A DNA stretch of 64,000 nucleotides from Pseudomonadota bacterium (lineage in GTDB: Bacteria; Pseudomonadota; Alphaproteobacteria; Rhizobiales; Xanthobacteraceae): positions 5,116-69,115 of the forward strand of contig QEVP01000006.1 in the NCBI GenBank assembly GCA_003576765.1, in the 5' to 3' direction. Positions 32,767 through 42,904 of the stretch are shown one piece after another. A program made the translations under genes and the position numbers. Below the pieces are notes generated by a model, which saw only the letters and a list, made by a program, of their open reading frames with translations, made no database searches and was not told where the DNA came from. Every line of letters starts with the position of its first letter. Within the stretch, counting starts at the first letter, position 1.

Positions 32767-33078
32767 AGGCGACGCGGCCGGCGACGCGGGACCAACAAAC
32801 CGGTTGTCAGGATGATGCCCGCGCGAGGTAAACACGGAGTTATCGAAGCACGATTTTATCGTGCATGTACGGCAGCTTAGCTGCACGTACGCGGTTTGCG
32901 CGGAGCACGCAATGCTGAAGAAATGCTGAACGCGGCGCGCGGACGACGGCTAGGCAATGCGACCGCCGCACGGTATGAAACGGGGAGCCGGAACCTTGAA
33001 CATTGGTGCGGTGTTGGCTGACCGAGGTGCGGGGTTCACGCGCCGCCAGCGGGGCCATCTTGCAAGGAGAACACTGCG

Positions 33079-34014
33079 ATGCGCTACGATGACTTTCGTC
33101 GCAGCGACAATATCGACGACCGCCGCGACGATGGCGGCTTCGGCGGCGGCGGTGGCGGCGGCTTCGGGCTGCCGATCGGCGGCGGCCGGCTCGGCATCGG
33201 CACGGTCATCGTGCTCGGCCTGATCGGCTGGGCCGTCGGCATCGATCCGCGGATTCTCATCGGCGGCGCCGAAATTCTTTCCGGCGGCGGCGCACCGACC
33301 TACCAGACCGACAGCCGCACCGCCTCGCGCCCCAAGACCGGCGTGCCGCAGGACGAGATGGGCAGCTTCGTCGCCGGCGTGCTCGGCGAGATCGACGACC
33401 GCTGGAGCGAAATCTTCAGCGAGAGCGGCCGCCGCTACGCGGGTCCCCGCATCGTGCTGTTCCGCAACGCCACCAACGGCGGGCGCTGCGGCATGGCGCA
33501 AGCGGCGATGGGGCCGTTCTACTGCCCGCCCGACAAGCAGATCTTCCTCGACACCGCGTTCTTCCGCGAGGTCGAGACGCGCTTCCGCGGCTGCTCGGGC
33601 AAGGCGTGCCAGTTCACGCAGGCCTATATCATCGCCCACGAGGCCGGCCATCACGTCCAGAACCTGCTGGGCATCCTCGACCGCGTCAACCAGATGCAGC
33701 GCCAGGCCGGCAGCCGCGCCGAGGCCAACGCGCTGCAGGTGCGCGTCGAACTGCAGGCCGACTGCCTGTCCGGCATCTGGGTCAACCGCGAGCAGAAGAA
33801 ACGGCCGAACTTCATCGAGCCCGGCGACATCGACGCGGCGTTGCAGACCGCGAGCGCGATCGGCGACGACACCATCCAGCGCAAGACCCAAGGACGCGTG
33901 GTGCCGGACAGCTTCACCCATGGCTCGGCCGAACAGCGCAAGCGCTGGTTCATGATCGGCTACCAGCAGGGCAGCGTGCAGGCGTGCAACACGTTCGCCA
34001 CCGACCGGCTGTAG
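33079..34014 (+). CDS. Neutral zinc metallopeptidase (YpfJ family)
   Basis: AAGGAG SD. N-terminus MRYDDFRRSDNIDDRR, Gly-rich TM segment, HEAGHHVQN motif. Confidence 0.85.
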   Translation: MRYDDFRRSDNIDDRRDDGGFGGGGGGGFGLPIGGGRLGIGTVIVLGLIGWAVGIDPRILIGGAEILSGGGAPTYQTDSRTASRPKTGVPQDEMGSFVAGVLGEIDDRWSEIFSESGRRYAGPRIVLFRNATNGGRCGMAQAAMGPFYCPPDKQIFLDTAFFREVETRFRGCSGKACQFTQAYIIAHEAGHHVQNLLGILDRVNQMQRQAGSRAEANALQVRVELQADCLSGIWVNREQKKRPNFIEPGDIDAALQTASAIGDDTIQRKTQGRVVPDSFTHGSAEQRKRWFMIGYQQGSVQACNTFATDRL

Positions 34015-34024
34015 TGGGGCGACC

Positions 34025-34576
34025 ATGGCACACGGCAGCGGCGGCGAGCGCAGTTTCATCCCGGTCAACATCGCGGTGCTGACGGTCTCCGACAGCCGCG
34101 CGCTCGCCGACGATCGCTCCGGCGACACGCTGGTCGAGCGCCTGACCGCCGCCGGCCATCGGCTGGCCGCGCGCGACATCGTCACCGACGACGTGCCGGC
34201 AATTCAGGACCGCGTCCGGTCGTGGATCGCCGACCCCGGCATCGACACCATCGTCACCACCGGCGGCACCGGCTTCACCGGCCGCGACGTCACGCCGGAG
34301 GCGGTCGAGCCGCTGTTCGAGAAGCGCATGGACGGTTTTTCCGTCGCCTTCCACATGATGAGCCACGGCAAGATCGGCCCGGCCACGATCCAGAGCCGGG
34401 TCACCGGAGGCGTGGCGGGCGCCACCTACATCTTCTGCCTGCCCGGCTCGCCGGGCGCCTGCCGCGACGGCTGGGACAACATCCTCGGACCGCAGCTCGA
34501 CTACCGCACCATGCCCTGCAACTTCGTGGAGATCATGCCGCGGCTCGACGAGCACCTGCGGCGGCGCAAGTCGTAA
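34025..34576 (+). CDS. moaB: Molybdenum cofactor biosynthesis protein B
   Basis: MoaB/MogA fold with VLTVSDS, TTGGTGFTGRDVTPEA and FCLPGSPGA. Confidence 0.85.
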   Translation: MAHGSGGERSFIPVNIAVLTVSDSRALADDRSGDTLVERLTAAGHRLAARDIVTDDVPAIQDRVRSWIADPGIDTIVTTGGTGFTGRDVTPEAVEPLFEKRMDGFSVAFHMMSHGKIGPATIQSRVTGGVAGATYIFCLPGSPGACRDGWDNILGPQLDYRTMPCNFVEIMPRLDEHLRRRKS

Positions 34577-34587
34577 GGCTCTTTCAT

Positions 34588-34630
34588 CCCTCCCCTGCAA
34601 GGGGAAGGGGAAGGGGAAGGGGAAGGGGAA
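34588..34630 (+). repeat. C/G-tract hairpin (repeat family 3) merging into a (GGGGAA)x5 hexanucleotide tandem repeat
   Basis: TCCCCT-GCA-AGGGGA stem-loop at 34591-34605. GGGGAA repeated five times at 34601-34630, then GGTTGGGGG. Confidence 0.85.
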
Positions 34631-34638
34631 GGTTGGGG

Positions 34639-34672
34639 GTCGGATGGCCGGGACAAAGTCTGGCCACGACGC
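34639..34672. repeat. Degenerate single unit of repeat family 1
   Basis: GTCGGATGGCCGGGACAAAGTCTGGCCACGACGC. Confidence 0.5.
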
Positions 34673-34768
34673 GCGCAGGAAAGTCCGCAAAACGCTTCGA
34701 GCCGTTCTTACACAGTTTTACACTTTCATGTTCTTGATTTGTTCTGATTGCGGATTATAATCCCAAAC

Positions 34769-35920
34769 ATGAACCGGTCAGCCCTCCGCCCGCCACCGCC
34801 CGCAGTGCCGCCGCCGCTTGCCGGCGTGCCGGCCTTCGCCGACCTCGGCGTCCCCATCGACGGTGCCCGCCGCCGCGGTCGCGGCGCGCAGTCCAACGCC
34901 AGCGGCCGCTACGAGGCGGAAGCGCGCGTCGCCTTCGACGACGGCTGGCAGAGCCTCGACGACCTGCCGGCGTTCAAGACCACGGTGGCGATCGACACCG
35001 CGCGCAAGGTGATCACCCAAAACACCTCGCCCGACATCGGCTTCGACCGCTCGATCAATCCGTATCGCGGCTGCGAGCACGGCTGCGTCTACTGCTTCGC
35101 ACGGCCGACGCATGCCTATATGGGGCTGTCGCCCGGCCTCGACTTCGAATCGAAATTGTTCGCCAAGCCCGATGCGCCGGCGCTGCTCGAACAGGAACTG
35201 GCCGCGCCGGGCTACGAGCCCCGCCTGATCGCCATCGGCACCAACACCGACCCGTATCAGCCGATCGAGCGCCAGCACAACATCATGCGCGGCATCCTGG
35301 AGGTGCTGGAGCGGGCGGGCCACCCGGTCGGCATCGTCACGAAATCGGCGCTGGTCACGCGCGACATCGATATTCTCTCGCGGATGGCCAAGCGCAACCT
35401 CGTCAAGGTGGCGCTGTCCGTGACGACGATGGACCCGAAGCTGGCCCGCAGCATGGAGCCGCGCGCGGCGACGCCGGCCAAGCGGCTGGAAGCCTTAAAG
35501 CTGTTGAGCGAAGCCGGCATCCCGACCACGGCGATGGTGGCGCCGGTCATCCCGGCACTCAACGACAGCGAGATCGAGCGCATCGTCGATGCCGCCGCCT
35601 TCGCCGGCGTCAGGGAGGCGAACTATGTGCTGCTGCGGCTGCCTTTGGAGGTGCGCGACCTGTTCCGCGAATGGCTGATGGCGCATTACCCCGACCGCTA
35701 CCGCCACGTCTTCACGCTGATCCGCGACATGCGCGACGGCCGCGATTACGATTCGCAGTGGGGCACGCGCATGAAAGGCACCGGACCGATGGCGTGGATG
35801 ATCGGCCGCCGCTTCGAGGCGGCCTGCGCCAAGGCCGGCCTCAACAAGCGCCGCACCAAGCTCACCACCGAGCATTTTGTGCGGCCGAAGCGCGTCGGCG
35901 AGCAACTGTCGCTGTTCTGA
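34769..35920 (+). CDS. Radical SAM protein (PA0069-like family)
   Basis: ATG 34769. CEHGCVYCFARP (CxxxCxxC) motif, about 383 aa. Confidence 0.85.
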   Translation: MNRSALRPPPPAVPPPLAGVPAFADLGVPIDGARRRGRGAQSNASGRYEAEARVAFDDGWQSLDDLPAFKTTVAIDTARKVITQNTSPDIGFDRSINPYRGCEHGCVYCFARPTHAYMGLSPGLDFESKLFAKPDAPALLEQELAAPGYEPRLIAIGTNTDPYQPIERQHNIMRGILEVLERAGHPVGIVTKSALVTRDIDILSRMAKRNLVKVALSVTTMDPKLARSMEPRAATPAKRLEALKLLSEAGIPTTAMVAPVIPALNDSEIERIVDAAAFAGVREANYVLLRLPLEVRDLFREWLMAHYPDRYRHVFTLIRDMRDGRDYDSQWGTRMKGTGPMAWMIGRRFEAACAKAGLNKRRTKLTTEHFVRPKRVGEQLSLF

Positions 35921-35945
35921 CGGGCTTGCCGGCCGCCCATCACCT

Positions 35946-36033
35946 CGTCACGCGCGGGCTTGTCCCGCGCATCCCGCTTAAGTGCGCAATACGCCCATGA
36001 TCGGGATGGCCGGAACGAAGTCCGGCCATGACG
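35946..36033. repeat. Intergenic repeat family 1, paired units
   Basis: CGTCACGCGCGGGCTTGTCCCGCGCATCCCGC (35946-35977) and GATCGGGATGGCCGGAACGAAGTCCGGCCATGACG (35999-36033). Confidence 0.75.
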
Positions 36034-36052
36034 AAGAAGAAAAAGCACGGCG

Positions 36053-36403
36053 TCATCCTGCTGTGTGCGTGGTCAGGTTGAGGCCGACCGCGCCGATCAC
36101 GATCAGCACGATGAAGCCGGTCTGCGCCAGCGACAGCGGCTGCTTCAGAAACAGCCAGCCGATCACCGAGATGGCGGCGATGCCGACCCCCGACCAGATC
36201 GCATAAGTCACGCCGACCGGAATCCGGGTCAAGACCAGCGACAGCACCCAGAAGCAGCCGCTGAACAGCACGATCGAGGCGAGGCCATAGAGCGGCCGGC
36301 CAAAACCCTCCGACTTGGTGAGCAGCGTCGTCGCCGTCACCTCCAGCGCGATGCACAGGCCGAGCAGGCTCCAAGGGTTGGAAGCGGTGAATGCGGCGGT
36401 CAT
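36053..36403 (-). CDS. SMR-family small multidrug/quaternary ammonium efflux protein
   Basis: Trimmed to ATG 36403. 116 aa with four TM segments, a conserved membrane Glu (LEV) and YAIWSGVG. Confidence 0.85.
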   Translation of the reverse strand: MTAAFTASNPWSLLGLCIALEVTATTLLTKSEGFGRPLYGLASIVLFSGCFWVLSLVLTRIPVGVTYAIWSGVGIAAISVIGWLFLKQPLSLAQTGFIVLIVIGAVGLNLTTHTAG

Positions 36404-36560
36404 GGCCGGTCTCCGGAAGGTTGAGGTGGCCCTCTTTATCACCGCCGCCGGTCGGCGCCGAAACGCAATGGCGCGCCGCAACCGCTGGCGCGGAGGAAAT
36501 AGCGGGTGCAACCGGCATTTTGCCATTGCGCCGCGCGGCAACGGCCCGCAGCATCGGGCC

Positions 36561-37298
36561 ATGATTCGACAGGCAGCCAGCCCCGGCGCGCGACCGGCCA
36601 AGGTGCGCCGGCCCGACTTCGCCCGCGAGCGCGCGCTGTTCAAGGCCGGCGTCTGGCCGGTCGCCGGCTGCGATGAGGCCGGGCGCGGTCCGCTCGCCGG
36701 CCCCGTGGTTGCGGCGGCCGTGGTGCTCGATCCCAAGCGTGTGCCCAAGGGGCTCGACGATTCCAAGCGGCTCACCCGCGCGCGCCGCGAAGAACTGTTC
36801 GAGGAGATCTGCACCACCGCCGCCGTTTCGGTGGTGTCCGCCTCACCCGAGCGCATCGCCCGCGATAATATCCTGCAAGCCTCGCTGTGGGCGCTTTCGC
36901 GTGCCGTGGCCGGGCTGCCGGAGCCGCCGCGCCATGTGCTGGTCGATGGCCGCGATACGATCGAGGTGAATTGCGCCTGCGAGGCGGTGATCGGCGGCGA
37001 CGCGCTGATCGCATCGGTCGCGGCCGCCTCCATCGTCGCAAAGGTCACCCGCGACCGCCTGATGTGCGCGCTCGCCGACGAATGCCCCGGCTACGGATTC
37101 GAGAGCCACATGGGCTACGCGGTGCCCGCCCACCTCAAGGCGCTGGAGGACATGGGGCCGACCCTGCACCATCGCCGGCTGTTCGCGCCGGTCGCGGCGG
37201 CGGCGCTGCGCCACACCCGCGTCATCGTCACCGACGGCATGACGCACGTGGAGCAAGAGACGGTCACGGTCGGCACGTTCGATCTCGCCGCGAAATAA
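36561..37298 (+). CDS. rnhB: Ribonuclease HII
   Basis: Trimmed to ATG 36561. Motifs [28 protein letters not shown] and [10 protein letters not shown]. Confidence 0.9.
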   Translation: MIRQAASPGARPAKVRRPDFARERALFKAGVWPVAGCDEAGRGPLAGPVVAAAVVLDPKRVPKGLDDSKRLTRARREELFEEICTTAAVSVVSASPERIARDNILQASLWALSRAVAGLPEPPRHVLVDGRDTIEVNCACEAVIGGDALIASVAAASIVAKVTRDRLMCALADECPGYGFESHMGYAVPAHLKALEDMGPTLHHRRLFAPVAAAALRHTRVIVTDGMTHVEQETVTVGTFDLAAK

Positions 37299-37422
37299 CG
37301 CCACGCAGCTTGAGTTCCATGGCCGGCGGGTCGCGGTTGCCACCCCGCCTTGCGCCATCTATCACAAGGCGCGCCGGCATCCGCCGGGCCGCTCTCGCCT
37401 CCCGCAACCGCTCCAGGCCCGC

Positions 37423-38934
37423 ATGCGCTTCACCTCCCTGCCCGTCGAGCTGATCCGCGCCCGGCCACGGCTGATGGTGTGGATCGTGACGCTGGCACTG
37501 ACGGCGCTGTGGCTCGCGGTGCCGCTTCTCGTTTATGGCAGTCCACCCGGCGACGTCGCGATGCGGCTGGCTTACGGCCGCGAATATCAGGTCGGCATCG
37601 CCGCGGGACCGCCGCTGGCGTTCTGGCTCGCGGATATCGCGTTCCGTTTCGCCGGCAATCACATCGCCGGCGTCTATCTGCTGACGCAACTGTGCATAAT
37701 GGCGACCTACTGGGCGGTGTTCGCGCTGTCGCGCGCCATTGTCGGCCCGCAGCACGCCGTCCTCGCGGTGCTCCTGACCGCCACCATTACCTTCTTCGGC
37801 TTTCCGTCGCTCGATTTCGGCCCGGACGTGCTGGCGCAGCCGTTGTGGACCCTGCTCGTCGTCAGCGTCTGGCGCATTGTCGGCCAGGGCCGCCGCAGCG
37901 GCTGGTTCACGTTCTCGACCACGGCCGGGCTGTTGCTGCTGACGACGCCGGCGGCGCCTGTCCTGCTCCTGTTCGTGGCTGCTTTCGCGCTGGCGACACG
38001 GCGTGGCAGGCGGGCGCTTCTTTCGTTCGATCCGCTGCTGGCGCTGATCGCCATTGTGGTTCTGGCGCTGCCCTACCTGATGTGGCTGATCCGCGCCGGC
38101 GACCTGCCGCCTGCCGCCTGGCCGGCGCTCCCGCCTTGGCGCGAAGCGATGACGCAATGGGGGGCGCTGGTCGGCATCATGGCCGCCTCGCTGATCGGCC
38201 TCGCCGCCCTCGTCGCAGTCGGCTCGCTGCCTGTGCGCGGCAATCGCGACGAGGCGCCGGACGTGATGCGGCGGCCGGTTGCGCCGTTCGCCCGCACCTT
38301 CGTGCTGGTGTTCGCGCTGGTGCCGCCGCTCGGCGGCGCATTGCTCTCGGTCCTGACCGGCCATGACCGCGTGGTCGGCGGTGCCGGCACCCTGTTGAGC
38401 CTGAGCGGGCTCGCGGCCATGGTGCTGATGCGCGAGCGCATCGCCCTGCACCACCGGCCGGTGCTGCGCGCGATCTGGGCGGCGGCGGTGGCCGCACCGG
38501 CGCTGGCAGTGATTGCGGCGGCGCTGTTTCAGCCCTGGCTCGGCCAGCACGAACTCGCCACCGCGCCGCCGGCGCGAGCGATCGGCACCTTCTTCGCCGA
38601 AAATTTTGCGCGCCGCACCGGGCAGCCGCTTCCCGTCGTCGCCGGCGATCCGCAGCTTGCGGCGCTGATCGGCATGAGCGCGCCGCGTCCGCATGTCTTT
38701 CTCGATGCGACGCCGGAGCGCACGCCGTGGCTGACGCTCGACGACGTTCGCAAAAGCGGCGGCGTCGTGGTGTGGCGGGCGACCGACACCGCCGGCGCCG
38801 CGCCGCCGGAGACCGCTGCGCGCTTTCCCGGCCTCGTCCCCGAACTGCCGCGCGCCTTCAGCCGCCTCGTCGACGGACGGCTGCCGCCGCTGCGCATCGG
38901 CTGGGCGATCGTGCGCCCGGCCGCCGCCCCTTGA
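37423..38934 (+). CDS. Polytopic membrane glycosyltransferase-like protein (GT39/ArnT-PMT-like)
   Basis: 503 aa with many TM segments in the N-terminal two-thirds and a soluble C-terminal domain. Assignment is by general resemblance only. Confidence 0.55.
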   Translation: MRFTSLPVELIRARPRLMVWIVTLALTALWLAVPLLVYGSPPGDVAMRLAYGREYQVGIAAGPPLAFWLADIAFRFAGNHIAGVYLLTQLCIMATYWAVFALSRAIVGPQHAVLAVLLTATITFFGFPSLDFGPDVLAQPLWTLLVVSVWRIVGQGRRSGWFTFSTTAGLLLLTTPAAPVLLLFVAAFALATRRGRRALLSFDPLLALIAIVVLALPYLMWLIRAGDLPPAAWPALPPWREAMTQWGALVGIMAASLIGLAALVAVGSLPVRGNRDEAPDVMRRPVAPFARTFVLVFALVPPLGGALLSVLTGHDRVVGGAGTLLSLSGLAAMVLMRERIALHHRPVLRAIWAAAVAAPALAVIAAALFQPWLGQHELATAPPARAIGTFFAENFARRTGQPLPVVAGDPQLAALIGMSAPRPHVFLDATPERTPWLTLDDVRKSGGVVVWRATDTAGAAPPETAARFPGLVPELPRAFSRLVDGRLPPLRIGWAIVRPAAAP

Positions 38935-39327
38935 TCAGATAAGAGCCGGACCGGCCGGCCGCCGCGACGCCAGCGCATCGGCGACGGCGGTGCGGATGTC
39001 GGCGACCGAGAACGGCTTGACCACCACGTCGTGGATGATGGCGTCGAGGTTGGAAGCGCGCTCGCGCTGATCGGCAAAGCCGGTCATCAGCAGGATCGTC
39101 ACCTCGGGGAAGTCGCGCGTCACCGCCAGGGCCAGCGCGATGCCGTCCATCACCGGCATCCTGATGTCGGTCAGCAGCAGATCGTACTGCCCGGCCTCGC
39201 TGACGAGCCGGTCGAGCGCCTCGGCGCCGTCCTCGGCGGTCACCGTCTCGTGGCCGTCCATCGCCAGCGCGCGCGCCACCAGGCGGCGCATCGAATCCTC
39301 GTCATCGGCAATCAGAATGCGGGCCAT
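38935..39327 (-). CDS. cpdR: Single-domain response regulator CpdR
   Basis: MARILIADDEDSMRR..., phospho-acceptor LLLTDIRMPVMDG, ...VVKPF. Conserved neighbourhood with the zinc-ribbon gene and ftsEX. Confidence 0.8.
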   Translation of the reverse strand: MARILIADDEDSMRRLVARALAMDGHETVTAEDGAEALDRLVSEAGQYDLLLTDIRMPVMDGIALALAVTRDFPEVTILLMTGFADQRERASNLDAIIHDVVVKPFSVADIRTAVADALASRRPAGPALI

Positions 39328-39360
39328 GGCGATGAAACCTCCTGTCGCCCTCGCTCCGCG

Positions 39361-40227
39361 TTATGCGCCAGGATCGTGACGATTGAGGAAACGCACTTCG
39401 ACACCACGCCCCTCGGCCGGCGGTTCGGCAAGCCGCGAGCGGAACCGCGCCTTGCCGCCCGGCGCAAGGGTCGCCTGTTCGAGCGCGGCGGTCCAGGCAT
39501 AGACCTCCGTACCGTTGCCGTCGCGGACCGCGAAGCGCAGCCGCGGCACGTCGACCGCCTTGCGCGCCACGCTCTCGACCTCGCCCTCGACGATCAGCAC
39601 CGGCTTGCCCGCCACCGTGTCGCGCACCGTTTTGACGTTGCGGAAGGCGAGACCGCGCAGGTTGACGTCGAGCCCGATCGCCCGGAACAACGGCGCCGTC
39701 TGCGGCAGCATCCGCACCACCTCGGCGCGCCAGGCAACCAGCGACACCACCGCAAGCCCGGTGGCGAGACAGGCCGCCGGCCATGCCAGCGCACGGCGTG
39801 GCTGAACCAGCCGGCCGCCGCGCCTGACCGGCTTGCGGGCCCGCTTGGCGCGCGGCTTGCGGGCCGGGCGAGCGTCGCCGGCGTTGCCCGGTGCGGCGCG
39901 CGCGGCGGCATCGAGCACCACCGGCGCCTCGATCTCGCCGTCGGCCGGCTCGCCGGCAATGGACGGGCTTTCCACCGTCGGGATGTCGGCCGGCGCAGGA
40001 TCGCCGTCCGGAGGCGGCGGCGCGGCATGGCGCGGGCCGACCGGCAGGCCGGGCGCGCGGGCGGTGGCCGCGCCGGCGGCGGCAAGCGCCGGCTCGTCAC
40101 GGGCGTCGGCCGGCAGGGCGAACCAGGTGCCCTTGCAGCGAGCGCAGCGCACGGTGCGGCCGTCGGCGCCGATGGCGCGCGGATCGATGGCAAACGAGGT
40201 GGCGCAATGGGGACAGGCTATGTGCAT
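39361..40227 (-). CDS. MJ0042-type zinc-ribbon protein with C-terminal DUF3426-like domain
   Basis: Trimmed to MHIACPHCATSFAI...VRCARCKGTWF (two CxxC pairs). Pro/Ala-rich linker, one TM segment. Confidence 0.7.
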   Translation of the reverse strand: MHIACPHCATSFAIDPRAIGADGRTVRCARCKGTWFALPADARDEPALAAAGAATARAPGLPVGPRHAAPPPPDGDPAPADIPTVESPSIAGEPADGEIEAPVVLDAAARAAPGNAGDARPARKPRAKRARKPVRRGGRLVQPRRALAWPAACLATGLAVVSLVAWRAEVVRMLPQTAPLFRAIGLDVNLRGLAFRNVKTVRDTVAGKPVLIVEGEVESVARKAVDVPRLRFAVRDGNGTEVYAWTAALEQATLAPGGKARFRSRLAEPPAEGRGVEVRFLNRHDPGA

Positions 40228-40407
40228 GGACGAATCGCCCGGAGTGACCTGCGCCGGACGGTAGACCAACTCCGTTAACGAATCGGAAACCATAATCCGC
40301 GCACAACGATTGATGTCGGCGACCGGCGCGCCGCCGATGCCGCCGCCGCGCGTGCCCCCGCGTTTCCGGGGCCGTACCCGGACGTCCTCTCGAACGGAGC
40401 GAAAATC

Positions 40408-41067
40408 GTGGTCCGCTTCGAAAACGTCGGCTTGCGCTACGGGCTCGGTGCCGAGGTGCTGCGCGACCTCACCTTCGCCATCCCGGCGCACTCCTTCCAG
40501 TTCCTGACCGGGCCGTCGGGCGCCGGCAAGACCTCGCTTTTGCGCCTGCTGTTCCTGTCGCTGCGGCCGACGCGCGGCCTCATCAACCTGTTCGGCCGCG
40601 ACGTGTCGCTGCTCGACAAGGACGGCATGGCGCGGCTGCGCAAGCGCATCGGCATCGTGCTGCAGGACTTCCGTCTGCTCGACCACATGACCACCTACGA
40701 GAACGTGGCACTGCCGTTCCGCGTCATGGGCCGCGAGGAGGCGAGCTACCGCCGCGAGGTGATCGACCTGTTGCGCTGGGTGGGCCTCGGCGAGCGCATG
40801 GACGCGCTGCCGCCGATCCTGTCGGGCGGCGAGAAGCAACGCGCGGCGATCGCCCGTGCGGTGATTGCCCGGCCGCAGCTCCTGCTCGCCGACGAGCCGA
40901 CCGGCAACGTCGATCCGACGCTGGCGCGGCGGCTGTTGCGGCTGTTCATCGAACTCAACCGCTCCGGCACCGCGGTGGTGATCGCCACCCACGACATCGC
41001 GATGATGGACCAGTACGACGCCCGCCGGCTGGTGCTGCACGAGGGGCGGCTGCACATCTATGAGTAG
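40408..41067 (+). CDS. ftsE: Cell-division ABC transporter ATP-binding protein FtsE
   Basis: GTG start. Motifs GPSGAGKTS, LSGGEKQR and LLLADEPTGN. Confidence 0.9.
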   Translation: MVRFENVGLRYGLGAEVLRDLTFAIPAHSFQFLTGPSGAGKTSLLRLLFLSLRPTRGLINLFGRDVSLLDKDGMARLRKRIGIVLQDFRLLDHMTTYENVALPFRVMGREEASYRREVIDLLRWVGLGERMDALPPILSGGEKQRAAIARAVIARPQLLLADEPTGNVDPTLARRLLRLFIELNRSGTAVVIATHDIAMMDQYDARRLVLHEGRLHIYE

Positions 41068-42031
41068 GTCCGGCAACACGCGCGGTCCCCTGATGGACCT
41101 CGGCGAGGCCCGGCCGCAGGTCCCGGTCAAGGCGCGCATCCAGGCGCCGATCGTGCCGCGCGGCTCGATCGCCGGCCGCGCGCTGGTGGTGGTGGTCGCG
41201 ATCATGACCTACCTCGCCTCGCTGACCACCGGCGCGGTGCTGCTGGTCTATGGCGCGGCCAGCGAATGGCAGGCCGATGTCGCCAGCGAAATCACTGTGC
41301 AGGTGCGCTCGACCGCCGGCCGCGATCTCGACCGCGACGTCGCCGCGGCAACGGCGCTCGTGCGCGCAACGCCGCACATCGTCGAGGCGCGGCCGTTGTC
41401 GGCCAACGAGTCGGCGGCGCTGCTCGAACCCTGGCTCGGCACCTCGCTCGCGCTCGACGACCTGCCGGTGCCGCGCATGATCGTGGTCCGCATCGCGCCC
41501 GGCAGCGCGCCGGATCTCGCCACCCTGCGCCAGCGCCTTGCGGACGCGGCACCGAGCGCCACGGTGGACGACCATCGCGCCTGGATCGAGCGCATGCGCT
41601 CGATGACCGGCGCGACCGTGCTCGCCGGCATCGGCATCCTGATCCTGGTGGTGATCGCCACCGTCATCTCGGTGTCGTTCGCCGCGCGCGGCGCGATGGC
41701 CGCCAACCGGCCGATAGTCGAGGTGCTGCACTTCGTCGGCGCCGGCGACCGCTACATCGCCGGCCGCTTCCTGCGCCATTTCCTGCGGCTCGGCCTGGAG
41801 GGCGGGGTGATCGGCGGTGGCGCCGCGATCCTCACCTTCGGCCTGTCGGAATCGATCGGAAGCTGGTTCGCCGGCACCCCGGTCGGCGACCAGTTCGCGG
41901 CCCTGCTCGGCACCTTCTCGCTGCGGCCGTCCGGCTATCTCGCGCTTGCGGTACAGGCGCTGGTGATCGCGGCGATCACCGCGCTCGCTTCGCGCCGCAC
42001 ACTGTTCGCCACCCTTGACGATATCGACTGA
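41060..42031 (+). CDS. ftsX: Cell-division permease FtsX-like
   Basis: 8-nt overlap with ftsE. Four TM segments with a large first periplasmic loop. Confidence 0.8.
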   Translation: MSRSGNTRGPLMDLGEARPQVPVKARIQAPIVPRGSIAGRALVVVVAIMTYLASLTTGAVLLVYGAASEWQADVASEITVQVRSTAGRDLDRDVAAATALVRATPHIVEARPLSANESAALLEPWLGTSLALDDLPVPRMIVVRIAPGSAPDLATLRQRLADAAPSATVDDHRAWIERMRSMTGATVLAGIGILILVVIATVISVSFAARGAMAANRPIVEVLHFVGAGDRYIAGRFLRHFLRLGLEGGVIGGGAAILTFGLSESIGSWFAGTPVGDQFAALLGTFSLRPSGYLALAVQALVIAAITALASRRTLFATLDDID

Positions 42032-42153
42032 GGCCAACAACCCGGCACGCCGTTGAGTTTTCCCGGCATGCGTGGTCTCTCCGCGGAAGCGGTTCTCAAT
42101 TAGCCGGGATCGTGCTGTAAACTCGCCACGGAAGGAGGATAGCTCGCTCCGTC

Positions 42154-42894
42154 ATGACGCCGTTGCACGATCCCCCGCATTCGAACGCCAGCCGGCCCGG
42201 CTCATCACGCCTGCGCCGCCTCGGGCGATGGCTCGCCATTGCGGTCGGGGTGATGGGGGTGGCGTTCGTCGCCGCCGGGCTGGGCTTCGTCGGCTTTCTG
42301 TCGCAACTGCGCCTCTCGGAGGAAGGCTCCCCCACGCGCGCCGACGGCATCGTCGTGCTCACGGGCGGATCATCGCGCGTGTCGGACGCCATCGACCTCC
42401 TGGCGCGCGGCTACGGCCAGCGGCTCCTGATCTCCGGCGTGCATCGCGCCAACAGCTTAAGCGACATCTCGCGCTCGCTGCCCGACAGCGAGGCGCTGTT
42501 GAAGTGCTGCGTCGATCTCGACCACTCCGCGGTCAACACCCGCAGCAATGCCAGCGAAACGCGGCGCTGGGCGCACCAGCAGAAATTCCAGTCGCTGCTT
42601 GTCGTCACCTCGAACTATCACATGCCGCGCGCCATCGTCGAACTGTCGCACGCCATGCCCGACATCACGCTGATTCCGTTCTCGGTGGTCGGCGAGAAAT
42701 GGCGCGAGGAACCGTGGTGGGCAAGCGGGGCGGCGATGCGGCTTCTGCTGTCGGAATACGTCAAGTATCTTGCCGCCGAGGTACGGGTCAGGCTCGACCG
42801 TCTCGGCTTGAGCGGCGCGTCCGAAACGCTGGCGCCGCAGCCGCCGGACTCACGCGAACCGCCGCACCGCTCCACGACCGCTTCCACCAGATGA
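42154..42894 (+). CDS. YdcF/ElyC (DUF218) family protein
   Basis: N-terminal TM segment. Motifs ADGIVVLTGGSSR, LLISGV, NTRSNASET and LVVTSNYHMPRA. Confidence 0.8.
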   Translation: MTPLHDPPHSNASRPGSSRLRRLGRWLAIAVGVMGVAFVAAGLGFVGFLSQLRLSEEGSPTRADGIVVLTGGSSRVSDAIDLLARGYGQRLLISGVHRANSLSDISRSLPDSEALLKCCVDLDHSAVNTRSNASETRRWAHQQKFQSLLVVTSNYHMPRAIVELSHAMPDITLIPFSVVGEKWREEPWWASGAAMRLLLSEYVKYLAAEVRVRLDRLGLSGASETLAPQPPDSREPPHRSTTASTR

Positions 42895-42904
42895 CGGGGC
42901 GCCG

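Noticed and set aside
32827-32846. Possible CtrA box upstream of ccrM (GTAAACACGGAGTTAT).
   Set aside because: The half-sites deviate from TTAA-N7-TTAAC in both sequence and spacing, so it is not convincing without comparative data.
34601-34630. Tandem repeats considered as a possible CRISPR array or coding repeat (the minus-strand ORF reads FPFPFPFPFP).
   Set aside because: The units are 6 nt with no spacers. The overlapping ORF 33950-34690 is an antisense artefact spanning moaB.
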